Shown here in pieces: positions 9,084 through 16,895 of a DNA stretch of 16,895 nt. The notes under the pieces are model-generated. The model ran no database searches. It had not been told where the DNA came from and worked only from the letters and a program-made list of their open reading frames with translations. This DNA is from Bdellovibrionota bacterium (GTDB taxonomy: Bacteria > Bdellovibrionota_C > UBA2361 > OMII01), in the NCBI GenBank assembly GCA_044356215.1, contig JBIKWQ010000074.1:1-16895 (forward strand), written 5' to 3'. Position numbers and translations under genes: made by a program. Each line of letters begins with the position of its first letter. The first letter of the stretch is position 1.

Positions 9084-9147
9084 GGTGGGTGCCTCTATGA
9101 ATTGATTAATATTGGCTTGAAGTCTTAAGGATGACAAAGAGGAATCG

Positions 9148-9223
9148 TGGTGGACCTGCAGAGATTCGAACTCTGGACCCCCAGCTTGCAAGGCTGATGC
9201 TCTACCAACTGAGCTACAGGCCC
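9148..9223 (-). tRNA. tRNA-Ala(TGC)
   Basis: GGGCCTGTAGCTCAGTTGGTAGAGCATCAGCCT-TGC-AAGCTGGGGGTCCAGAGTTCGAATCTCTGCAGGTCCACCA; G3:U70 pair; encoded CCA. Confidence 0.97.
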
Positions 9224-9330
9224 ACGATATGTGCAACAAGGAAAAGGGCTAGCCATCTTTTTTTGGACGAAGCTCTTAAAGAACCATCGCCCACCCTAGT
9301 TAACAACTCTAGGGGTCTGACGCAAGCCGC

Positions 9331-9407
9331 TGGTGGGCCAGGGTAGACTCGAACTACCGACCTCACGCTTATCAGGCGTGTACTCTAACCAGCTGAGCTA
9401 CTGGCCC
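9331..9407 (-). tRNA. tRNA-Ile(GAT)
   Basis: GGGCCAGTAGCTCAGCTGGTTAGAGTACACGCCT-GAT-AAGCGTGAGGTCGGTAGTTCGAGTCTACCCTGGCCCACCA. Confidence 0.97.
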
Positions 9408-9426
9408 TTCTCCGATGCGAGGTGGC

Positions 9427-9455
9427 AAAATAATGGTTAGTGCGGCCCGTGTCAA
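9427..9455 (-). promoter_or_regulatory. sigma70-type promoter for tRNA-Ile/Ala
   Basis: TTGACA-17 nt-TATTTT ending about 20 nt before tRNA-Ile. Confidence 0.7.
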
Positions 9456-9631
9456 GTTACCGGACAAATATTCAGGCAAATGACCGGGATGGAAGTACTT
9501 TTCGTCTGGATTAGCCCCGGCGGCACCTGAATCCATAAATATCTCCCTTGCGGTCTGAGGGAACCCCTTACATACTAGAAATTAGGCAGTTCCAGTAACC
9601 AAACCGCTATTTCTAGCATCTTACAAGTAGT

Positions 9632-10147
9632 ATGGGTCCGGTTCTCCTTCTAAGTGCCTCCTACGAGCCTATTCGCGTCATCTCTTGGCAGAATGCCGTC
9701 TGCATGTTCTTTCTCGGTAAGGTTGAGATAATCGAGGAATATGACCACGACATCCGTTCTGTATCATTAGCCATAAAGGCTCCCGCAGTAGTCCGACTGG
9801 TTAAGTTTTTCAAAGCAGGCAGGAGGTCTCCCCCGCTTTCTCGAGTGAACATCTTGGCTCGTGATAACTTTCAGTGTCAGTATTGCGCTAAAGAGCTCTC
9901 GGCAAAGGAGTCGACCCTTGATCACGTAATACCCCGCAGTCGCGGTGGAAGGACAACGTGGGAGAATATTGTCTGCGCCTGCGCCGCGTGTAACCGTAAG
10001 AAAGGGGGACACACCCCTAAGGAAGCGCACATGAAGCTACTTAAAAATCCGGTTAAGCCGGACTGGTTGCCTGTGCTGCACATAAAACTCCATGGAAAAA
10101 TTCCGCCCTCGTGGTTCACATTCCTGCAAACCAACGCGAAGCCTTGA
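9632..10147 (+). CDS. HNH endonuclease (McrA-like, zinc-binding)
   Basis: N-terminal VLLLSASYEP; RDNFQCQYC...TLDHVIPRSRGG...WENIVCACAACNRKKG. Confidence 0.95.
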   Translation: MGPVLLLSASYEPIRVISWQNAVCMFFLGKVEIIEEYDHDIRSVSLAIKAPAVVRLVKFFKAGRRSPPLSRVNILARDNFQCQYCAKELSAKESTLDHVIPRSRGGRTTWENIVCACAACNRKKGGHTPKEAHMKLLKNPVKPDWLPVLHIKLHGKIPPSWFTFLQTNAKP

Positions 10148-11480
10148 AGAGGCTAAGGAGGGGCTACGCCAAAAAGTTACTTCTTCTGCCGCGATTAAGT
10201 CGCTAAGAGACGCTCTAGCTCCAGGTCAACTCTTTTTAGTTGGTGGAGCAGTGCGGGACTCTTTTTTTGATAGCTCACGAACTGATCTTGATCTAGCGAC
10301 CGATTTAAGCGCCGCGGAGATTGCTAATCGCTGCGCTAAGAACGGGTTGCGGGTCATTGAAACTGGAATCCAACACGGCACCGTACTGGTAATTATCGAT
10401 GAAACACACCTCGAGGTAACAGCCTTCAGAACCCCCGCTGACCGTGACACACAGATAAACGCGAACAACATCGAGACAGACCTCTCTGGCCGAGATTTTA
10501 CCGTTAACGCCTTAGCTTTCTGCGTTGAATCAGCGAAGCTAATCGATCCATTTGATGGAGTATCCGATCTTCAATCGATGACACTACGCGCCGTTGGCGA
10601 CGCGAATCAACGTTTTCTTGAGGATCCTTTAAGAATTCTGCGCATGATTAGGTTCGGCCCCGCTGACGGCCGCTTGATTGAGAAGGACACGCTTGCCGCG
10701 GCCGCCAGCAACGTCAGTCAGCTCGGTCGAGTGAGTGTCGAAAGGATCAGAGAGGAGTTAACTCGCATCATCATTAGCCCCTGCCCCGCCGCTGGAATTA
10801 TTACTTTGCGTGACATCGGCGGACTCAAGTGGACGATTCCAGAGCTACTACCCGCGGTGGGATTTGAACAGAACCGCTACCATATTCACGACGTTTTTGA
10901 TCACACGATGGCGGTACTAGATCGAGCTCCAGCCGATCCGATCTTACGCTGGTCAGCAATCTTTCACGACATCGGGAAACCTGCCACCCTATCAACTGAT
11001 ACCGCTGGAGAGAGACATTTTTATCTTCACGAGATCGAGAGCACCAAGCTTTCTTGGGCACGTATGGAACAGCTTCGATTCTCTCATGATGACATGAAGA
11101 GAATCAGCTCTGTTGTGCGACACCATATGCGGCCGATGAATTGCGGCCCGGCGGGGGTGCGCCGGTTAATCCGAGATCTGGGAGACAACCTCCAGTTGTG
11201 GAGAGCTTTCAAGGATGCGGATAGCTCGCCTACTATCGCGGCAAGTGATGCCACGAAGACCGCCGAATACTTCGACGCGCTCTTAAGCTCTGAGCTACGT
11301 AAGATGGCGACTCCAAGCTACGGCAGGCTCGCGGTTAACGGAGAGGACCTCAAAGGTATGGGAGTAAAACCAGGCCCTGGCATGGGTAAGCTACTAAAGC
11401 AGCTTGAAGAGATAATCATTGAGGACCCGAGCAAAAACACTCGGGATACCTTACTTGAGCTTGCCAAATCGCTTACCTAA
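10092..11480 (+). CDS. cca: class II tRNA nucleotidyltransferase (CCA family) with HD domain; start uncertain
   Basis: VGGAVRD, DLDLAT, RDFTVNALA, EDPLRILR, SVERIREE, HT...HDIGKP motifs. Confidence 0.88.
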   Translation: MEKFRPRGSHSCKPTRSLEEAKEGLRQKVTSSAAIKSLRDALAPGQLFLVGGAVRDSFFDSSRTDLDLATDLSAAEIANRCAKNGLRVIETGIQHGTVLVIIDETHLEVTAFRTPADRDTQINANNIETDLSGRDFTVNALAFCVESAKLIDPFDGVSDLQSMTLRAVGDANQRFLEDPLRILRMIRFGPADGRLIEKDTLAAAASNVSQLGRVSVERIREELTRIIISPCPAAGIITLRDIGGLKWTIPELLPAVGFEQNRYHIHDVFDHTMAVLDRAPADPILRWSAIFHDIGKPATLSTDTAGERHFYLHEIESTKLSWARMEQLRFSHDDMKRISSVVRHHMRPMNCGPAGVRRLIRDLGDNLQLWRAFKDADSSPTIAASDATKTAEYFDALLSSELRKMATPSYGRLAVNGEDLKGMGVKPGPGMGKLLKQLEEIIIEDPSKNTRDTLLELAKSLT

Positions 11481-11524
11481 CATTGGTAACTACTTGAAAG
11501 ATCTACATATTGACTGCTTGCTTA

Positions 11525-11553
11525 TTGACCAACCCTGCAGCGATTACTACACT
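11525..11553 (+). promoter_or_regulatory. sigma70-type promoter
   Basis: TTGACC-17 nt-TACACT upstream of the gene at 11605. Confidence 0.6.
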
Positions 11554-11604
11554 ATTCCTCTTTGCCTTATTGGGGGCTAGATCACATGGACGGTTTGTAC
11601 TGAT

Positions 11605-12138
11605 ATGCTTAGTGGCTTTCGATTTCTCAACCTTAAGTTTTTAGTGACCATCATATTCGGGATCATGGCACTGGTGGCTTTTAATCTAGGACAGCCAGGG
11701 ATTCAAACTGACAACGCGATCGCTTTTAATAGCTGGTATGACGAGGCGTCCTCGAGATTCCTGCCAAATTCTGAACTAAGCGACGCCGACTTAGCCTTGC
11801 GAATTCAGGTTACCGCAAAAGATGCTTCCCTCGGGGAGACGCCATCGGTTTGGAGTTTTCCAAACAACTCTCTGCGAGAACCGGATGAGAGAGAGGACAC
11901 AGGACGCGTTCTTCAATTAATCAGGGAGTCAAACATCTTCGGATTCGCTCCGTTAAAGGACCCGCTAAACGCTAAATCAGCGCTTTCAATAAGTATCAAA
12001 GATGGAGACCAAAGCTTTGACACGACGGTCCCTTATGATATCACCGAAAGTAATATCCAGCTTAAGAACCTCCTTAAGCTGCTCGAAGTTTTTTCAGCCA
12101 AAACCCCCGCTGCGGACCTTGAACCTGCGAGGCTGTGA
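11605..12138 (+). CDS. hypothetical protein with an N-terminal membrane anchor or signal peptide
   Basis: 177-aa ORF; hydrophobic stretch FLVTIIFGIMALVAF; 4-bp gap to the next gene. Confidence 0.75.
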   Translation: MLSGFRFLNLKFLVTIIFGIMALVAFNLGQPGIQTDNAIAFNSWYDEASSRFLPNSELSDADLALRIQVTAKDASLGETPSVWSFPNNSLREPDEREDTGRVLQLIRESNIFGFAPLKDPLNAKSALSISIKDGDQSFDTTVPYDITESNIQLKNLLKLLEVFSAKTPAADLEPARL

Positions 12139-12142
12139 ACCG

Positions 12143-12712
12143 ATGAAAAACAGAGATGAATCGTTAGCGCTCCTTCATGAATATACGAAATCACAGAGCT
12201 TAATTAACCACGCACTAGGGGTTGAGGCGTGCATGGTTTGGTATGCTGATTACTTTGCTTCGCAAGGACACGATATCAATCGTGAGCTCTGGGCGATAAC
12301 CGGCTTACTGCACGATTTTGATTACGAGATGTTCCCTGACCCTGTTAGTCCAAACGGGCATCCGTTTAAGGGCAACGCTATTTTAGGCGAACTCGGATAC
12401 CCAGATGAATTACGTGTGGCGATTATGGGCCATGCGGAATACACGAACACTCCGCGAGTAACCCTTTTAGATAAGGCGCTTTTTGCTGTTGATGAGCTCT
12501 CAGGGTTAATCACAGCGTGTGTTTACGTTCGGCCAGACCGTTCGATTCAGAATTTAGAGGTCAAATCAGTCCTTAAAAAATTGAAGGACAAGGCCTTCGC
12601 TCGCGGATGCAACCGAGACGACATTAAGCTTGGCGCCGAGGAGTTAGGAATCCCGCTTGAGCAGCATGCGGCTAACTGTATTGAAGCCCTGAAGAGAGTA
12701 GATTTCCTGTAG
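12143..12712 (+). CDS. HDIG/HD-domain metal-dependent phosphohydrolase
   Basis: HALGVEACM, GLLHDFDYE, AIMGH, ALFAVDELSGLI and VKSVLKKLKDKAFA; ATG at 12143. Confidence 0.9.
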   Translation: MKNRDESLALLHEYTKSQSLINHALGVEACMVWYADYFASQGHDINRELWAITGLLHDFDYEMFPDPVSPNGHPFKGNAILGELGYPDELRVAIMGHAEYTNTPRVTLLDKALFAVDELSGLITACVYVRPDRSIQNLEVKSVLKKLKDKAFARGCNRDDIKLGAEELGIPLEQHAANCIEALKRVDFL

Positions 12713-12722
12713 TAGCACCTAG

Positions 12723-12767
12723 GGAGACGAGGCAAAACATCGCGTAAGCGAGGTTTGCCGCTTTTCC
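12723..12767. repeat. 45-bp miniature palindromic element related to the MITE ends
   Basis: CTAG-GGAGACGAGGCAAAAC-A-TCGC-GTAA-GCGA-G-GTTTGCCGCTTTTCC-CTAG; flanks at 12719-12722 and 12768-12771. Confidence 0.7.
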
Positions 12768-12853
12768 CTAGCGGCATTTTCCTGCCCGTAAACGGCACTG
12801 TCTGCGCTTTTGTCGAGCGAAACCTCACCTTGGTGAGGGTCCGCTTCACCTGC

Positions 12854-15538
12854 CTAACTGACAATCACATTAACCAGCCGCGGTATTTTAGTCCCTGGAT
12901 TAAATACAGTGATAAACCGAGACTCTGCGGAGACTTTGTAAGCCGTTCCAGCCATAGCCTCGATTACCTTAGCTTTTAATTCGGCCTCTTCGATATTAGT
13001 AGCTACCTCAACTGTAGCTCGCTTCTTACCAGCTATCTGAATCACTACAGTAACCAGATCATCAACTACATGCGCCGGGTCGTACTCCGGCCATGCGGCC
13101 AAACTTGCGGAAGGCTTATTACCAAGCCTCTCCCACAGCTCCTCACCCAAGTGCGGCGCGAACGGACAAAGGATAAGGGTAAACTTCTCTAGGGTATCCT
13201 TTGACACCGGCTTGTCTCCTATTACGTTTAGCAGCTCCATCATCGTTGAGATCGGTGTATTAAAAGCAAGCGCCTCAATATCCTCTCCTACTTTCTTCAC
13301 CGCCTTGTTAATCGCCTTCTTAACATCTAGCGACTCACTCTCGGATGGAACCACATCGCGATATCCTGCGTCCTTATTCGCTGTCACAAAAGCATAGGCC
13401 CTGCGAAGGAACCGCACGTTTCCAGAGATAGCCTTAGGATCCCACGGGCGACCAGTATCTAGCGGCCCCATGAACATAAGATAGGTTCTTAACGTATCTG
13501 CACCATAGGCTGAGATAACCTCATCAGTTGTCACCACGTTCTTTAGAGACTTAGACATCTTGGCGACGATTCGCTCAAGAATCTCTCCCGTCTTGGAATT
13601 CCTCCAGACACCAGAGGAGTCTTCTACCGCTAGGTCAGATGGCACCAAAGCACCACGACTGTCCTTAAACGCGAACGATTGCACCATCCCCTGATTAAAT
13701 AGCTTCTGGAACGGCTCACGAGTGGAAACGTACCCAAGATCAAATAACACCTTGTGCCAAAATCGTGAGTAAAGAAGATGCAGAACCGCGTGCTCAGCTC
13801 CTCCAACGTAGAGGTCAACCGGCATCCACTTCTTCTCTAGGTCTGGAGACCACCCTTGCTCTGAGTTGTGTGGATCAATAAATCGTAGATAGTACCAACA
13901 CGATCCCGCCCACTGCGGCATGGTGTTAGTCTCACGCCTGCCCTTCTTCCCGTTCTTTGGGTCAACAACGTTGAGCCACTCCGTTGCTTTGGCCAGAGGG
14001 GATTCTCCACCATCAGATGGCTTGTAGTCCTCAACTTGCGGAAGAACTAGCGGCAACTCTTGATCGGTGAGCGACGTTGTCGTGCCGTCTTCCCAATGGA
14101 TGATCGGAATCGGCTCGCCCCAGTAACGCTGCCTGGAGAAGAGCCAGTCGCGGAGTTTGTAGTTGACCTGTCGCTTGCCCAAGTCGCGCGAAACTATGTA
14201 TTCAATTACATCCTGGCGCGCCTCGTGCCATCTCTGCCCCTTTACCGAATCCGGCGACTGAAGGATACCATTGGGCTCCCTATAAAAGACCTCGAATGTT
14301 TTAACTCGCTCGGCTAATACCGGATCCTCTGGGAGTAGCGCGTATTTAAGAGGAATATTGTACTTTTTAGCGAACTGAAAATCTCTCTCATCATGCGCGC
14401 TGCAGTTAACGATTCCAGTTCCATAATCAGCTAAGACATACGACGCGATCCAGATCGGCAGATCTCCTGTCCCGAACGGATTGTCTACATATCTACCGGT
14501 GAATATGCCCTCCATATCCTGGTCAAAATCATGTCGTCGAGAAAGCTTCTTGGCCTTAATATACTCAACAAACTCCAGCACCTCCTTCTCGTGGGGAGTT
14601 CCTTTTACCAGAGTTGGCACCAAGTGATGCTCTGGAGCTATTACGGTGAAAGTTTGAGCTAAAAACGTCTGAGGAATCGAGTCGTACACCTCAAATTCGA
14701 TATCCATATCCTTGATACGCTGGATAAAATTGACGCCCTCGCTGCGACCGATCCAGTTACGCTGCTGCTCCTTAATACTGTCTGGCCAATCTATCCCGTC
14801 AAGCTCAGATAATAGTCGCTCTGAATACTTAGTAATCCGCAGCATCCACTGCTTCATTGGCTTGCGGATCACTTCGTGATTACCACGCTCAGAACGACCG
14901 TTAATTACCTCTTCGTTGGCGAGTACGGTTCCCAGCGCAGGACACCAATTCACCATCGCGTCGGCGTAATAAGCCAATCGGTGCTCGGCCTGGTAAGCTT
15001 GAACTGCCAACTGCCCCCTTTCTTTTACATCCTGCGGTATCGGCAGTTCCTCTATAGGCCTAGCCTTATTAAGGGATGGGTCGAACCAAGAGTTATACAA
15101 GCGCAAAAATATCCACTGAGTCCACTTGTAATAGTCAGGGGTGCAAGTTTTAACTTCGCGATCCCAATCATAGGAGAGCCCGATCTTTTTTAGTTGCGAA
15201 GTGAAATTGGCGCAGTTTTTCTCAGTGATAGCTGCTGGATGCTCACCTGTATTCACCGCATGCTGTTCTGCTGGCAACCCGAACGCGTCATATCCCATGG
15301 GATGGAGCACATCGAACCCCTTCATGCGCTTAAAGCGCGAATAGATATCGGTTGCGGTATAGCCTAGTGGGTGGCCCACATGTAGCCCCGAACCTGACGG
15401 ATACGGGAACATATCGAGCACGTAGACCTTCTGCTTACCGCTCTCAGTTGTCTTGAAGCTTTTATTATTCTCCCAGAAATTCTGCCACTTAGGCTCTATA
15501 GATTGTGGGCTGTAACCCTTTTGCTCATTATCCGACAC
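12854..15538 (-). CDS. leuS: leucine--tRNA ligase
   Basis: MFPYPSGSGLHVGH, DAFGLPAE, RDWLFSRQRYWGEPIP, GGAEHAVLHLLY and KMSKS. Confidence 0.98.
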   Translation of the reverse strand: MSDNEQKGYSPQSIEPKWQNFWENNKSFKTTESGKQKVYVLDMFPYPSGSGLHVGHPLGYTATDIYSRFKRMKGFDVLHPMGYDAFGLPAEQHAVNTGEHPAAITEKNCANFTSQLKKIGLSYDWDREVKTCTPDYYKWTQWIFLRLYNSWFDPSLNKARPIEELPIPQDVKERGQLAVQAYQAEHRLAYYADAMVNWCPALGTVLANEEVINGRSERGNHEVIRKPMKQWMLRITKYSERLLSELDGIDWPDSIKEQQRNWIGRSEGVNFIQRIKDMDIEFEVYDSIPQTFLAQTFTVIAPEHHLVPTLVKGTPHEKEVLEFVEYIKAKKLSRRHDFDQDMEGIFTGRYVDNPFGTGDLPIWIASYVLADYGTGIVNCSAHDERDFQFAKKYNIPLKYALLPEDPVLAERVKTFEVFYREPNGILQSPDSVKGQRWHEARQDVIEYIVSRDLGKRQVNYKLRDWLFSRQRYWGEPIPIIHWEDGTTTSLTDQELPLVLPQVEDYKPSDGGESPLAKATEWLNVVDPKNGKKGRRETNTMPQWAGSCWYYLRFIDPHNSEQGWSPDLEKKWMPVDLYVGGAEHAVLHLLYSRFWHKVLFDLGYVSTREPFQKLFNQGMVQSFAFKDSRGALVPSDLAVEDSSGVWRNSKTGEILERIVAKMSKSLKNVVTTDEVISAYGADTLRTYLMFMGPLDTGRPWDPKAISGNVRFLRRAYAFVTANKDAGYRDVVPSESESLDVKKAINKAVKKVGEDIEALAFNTPISTMMELLNVIGDKPVSKDTLEKFTLILCPFAPHLGEELWERLGNKPSASLAAWPEYDPAHVVDDLVTVVIQIAGKKRATVEVATNIEEAELKAKVIEAMAGTAYKVSAESRFITVFNPGTKIPRLVNVIVS

Positions 15539-15721
15539 GATGAAATCTCCGCGATTATTTACGACTTAAGTACTCATCCCTAAAGGCGCTGGCTAGAATA
15601 CACAAAAGCAACCCTCTTTAAGAGTAGGTAATCTATTCAGAAAAGGGAGTTTATATCGATTCCCACACCAAAAACACCCGGCGTGCGCCATAACATACCA
15701 AAAAAACTACCCTATTCCAGC

Positions 15722-15750
15722 TTTACATCAGGACCAAATTTGAGTACCCT
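15722..15750 (+). promoter_or_regulatory. putative sigma70-type promoter for tRNA-Asp
   Basis: TTTACA-17 nt-TACCCT about 50 nt upstream of the tRNA. Confidence 0.55.
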
Positions 15751-15800
15751 CCTCCGGCCTTGAATTGGTTACCAAATCCAATCCAAAGCAGTCAAAGTAT

Positions 15801-15879
<79 letters not shown>

Positions 15880-16057
15880 TTTGCCCTTCAGGGCAAAAGA
15901 GTCGAATCCCTACGAAAATCGAAGCCGCGAGCTCTTGCGTGACCTTGGTCACGTGAGAGGAGGTGCCGCAGCCGTGAGCCCCGAAGGGGCGACGGCATAA
16001 AGGCGCCTAAAACAACTCGCAAGAAACGCGAGCTGGCGCAGCGTTTCTTTCTTTGCG

Positions 16058-16113
16058 GGGTTCGAGTCCCGCTTGCCAGCCGAAGCCTTGGCGAAGGCTG
16101 GTCGGCTCCGCCA
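16058..16113 (+). repeat. duplicate of the tRNA-Asp 3' 26 nt, interrupted by a 30-bp hairpin insert
   Basis: GGGTTCGAGTCCCG[CTTGCCAGCCGAAGCCTTGGCGAAGGCTGG]TCGGCTCCGCCA versus 15852-15877. Confidence 0.85.
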
Positions 16114-16203
16114 TTCGACTCGCCGCCAAGGCGACTCGCTCATTGTAAGCCATTACATAGGCGAGGCGAATGGCGCCCTGAGCGAACGAAGTGAGTCGAA
16201 GGG
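16114..16203. repeat. REP-like inverted doublet
   Basis: TTCGACTC...TCGCTCA pairs with TGAGCGA...GAGTCGAA(GGG). Confidence 0.6.
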
Positions 16204-16220
16204 CTGTTTCAGTCCTACAC

Positions 16221-16446
16221 ATCACCCACTGCATATCACCCACTGTATTCACCCACTGTAGCCGGGCTTCACCCACTGTAGCCGGGCTACTAGTATCACC
16301 CACTGTAGCCGGGCTACTAGTGTCACCCACTGTAGCCGGGCTACTAGTTCTTCTCCTCCCCATCACACTTATCACCCACTGTAGCCGGGCTACTAGTGTC
16401 ACCCACTGTAGCCGGGCTACTAGTTCTTCTCCTCCCCATCACACTT
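16221..16446. repeat. tandem array of 27-bp hairpin repeats (NTCACCCACTGTAGCCGGGCTACTAGT)
   Basis: 8 copies of TCACCCACTG: five full 27-bp units and three truncated units; exact 76-bp duplication 16295-16370 / 16371-16446. Confidence 0.95.
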
Positions 16447-16532
16447 TCTTTCCAGCAGCGAGCAACTCTCGCCCGCCTGGGAGCGATATAACTAGCGTCT
16501 TTAAAATAAATACAGGACCAGGAGGCTCTCTG

Positions 16533-16895
16533 ATGATAAAATACCATCAAAAAGGCAGTGTACTATTTATTACCTTCTCTGTTGAGGAAGGTCTCCTTTT
16601 TCAAGCCAACCCGCTTTGTACGGCTATCATACAGAGCTGCCTCGTCGCGGCCTCAAAGCTTTATCCTATTAAGATATCTCACATGACCGCCGAGGCCACA
16701 CACTTTCACTCTATGATTACTGTTTTAGACCCAGATCACGTGCAGGCATTCATTAGGCACTTTAAAACCGAGTCGGCCCATGCGATTAACGCAATACTGG
16801 GAAGAAAAAAGAGAACCGTGTGGTGTGATGGATACGATAGCCCACGCGTTCTGACCCTATCTAAAGCGATAGCGCTCATATCTTATACCTACTGC
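16533..16895 (+). CDS. HUH Y1 transposase-like protein (IS200/IS605 superfamily, RAYT-like), 3'-truncated by the window
   Basis: AGGAGG then ATG at 16533; open for 121 codons to the edge: MIKYHQKGSVLFITF...EATHFHSMITV...FIRHFKTESAHAINAILGRKKRTVWCDGYDSPRVL...ISYTYC; HUH motif H57-F58-H59; candidate catalytic Tyr118. Confidence 0.82.
   Translation, partial: MIKYHQKGSVLFITFSVEEGLLFQANPLCTAIIQSCLVAASKLYPIKISHMTAEATHFHSMITVLDPDHVQAFIRHFKTESAHAINAILGRKKRTVWCDGYDSPRVLTLSKAIALISYTYC

Noticed and set aside
9084..9239. N-terminal extension of FabV
   Set aside because: It overlaps tRNA-Ala; ATG 9083 gives a normal FabV length
9632..11480. HNH plus nucleotidyltransferase as a defence or tRNA-repair module
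   Set aside because: Both look like common standalone families; adjacency is the only evidence
12823..12838. Hairpin CCTCAC-CTTG-GTGAGG as the leuS terminator
   Set aside because: The position fits, but there is no convincing U-tract; not supported enough to call
13212..15193. Short ORFs nested within leuS (and similar ones within ychF, fabV and cca)
   Set aside because: Antisense or alternate-frame shadows of well-supported genes
16221..16446. CRISPR array
   Set aside because: Repeats abut directly, the only linker occurs twice identically, there are no unique spacers and no cas genes are visible

Overview
Bacterial chromosomal window with three zones. (1) 1-6700 is a decaying accessory region. 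It holds three full copies and one partial copy of a 183-bp fully palindromic MITE with IS5-like GGAAG ends and CTAR target duplications, interleaved with two ORFan genes, an intact LivJ/K-type ABC substrate-binding protein and three damaged genes: an isochorismatase-family gene with an in-frame TAG, an internally deleted SBP paralog and a MITE-truncated GNAT. (2) 6732-15877 is housekeeping: ychF, fabV, a tRNA-Ile/tRNA-Ala pair with its own promoter and no rRNA, an HNH nuclease, a class II tRNA nucleotidyltransferase-HD, an HDIG hydrolase, leuS with a divergent editing domain, and tRNA-Asp. A 45-bp miniature relative of the MITE lies between convergent genes here. (3) 15878-16895 contains stacked hairpins, an interrupted duplicate of the tRNA-Asp 3' end, and a tandem array of 27-bp GTAG-hairpin repeats directly upstream of an HUH/Y1 (RAYT-like) transposase. 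That gene is cut by the window edge and is missing from the ORF track. The best candidates for undescribed systems are the RAYT-like gene with its repeat array at tRNA-Asp and the covarying palindromic MITE family. All calls come from motif recognition by eye; no searches were run.
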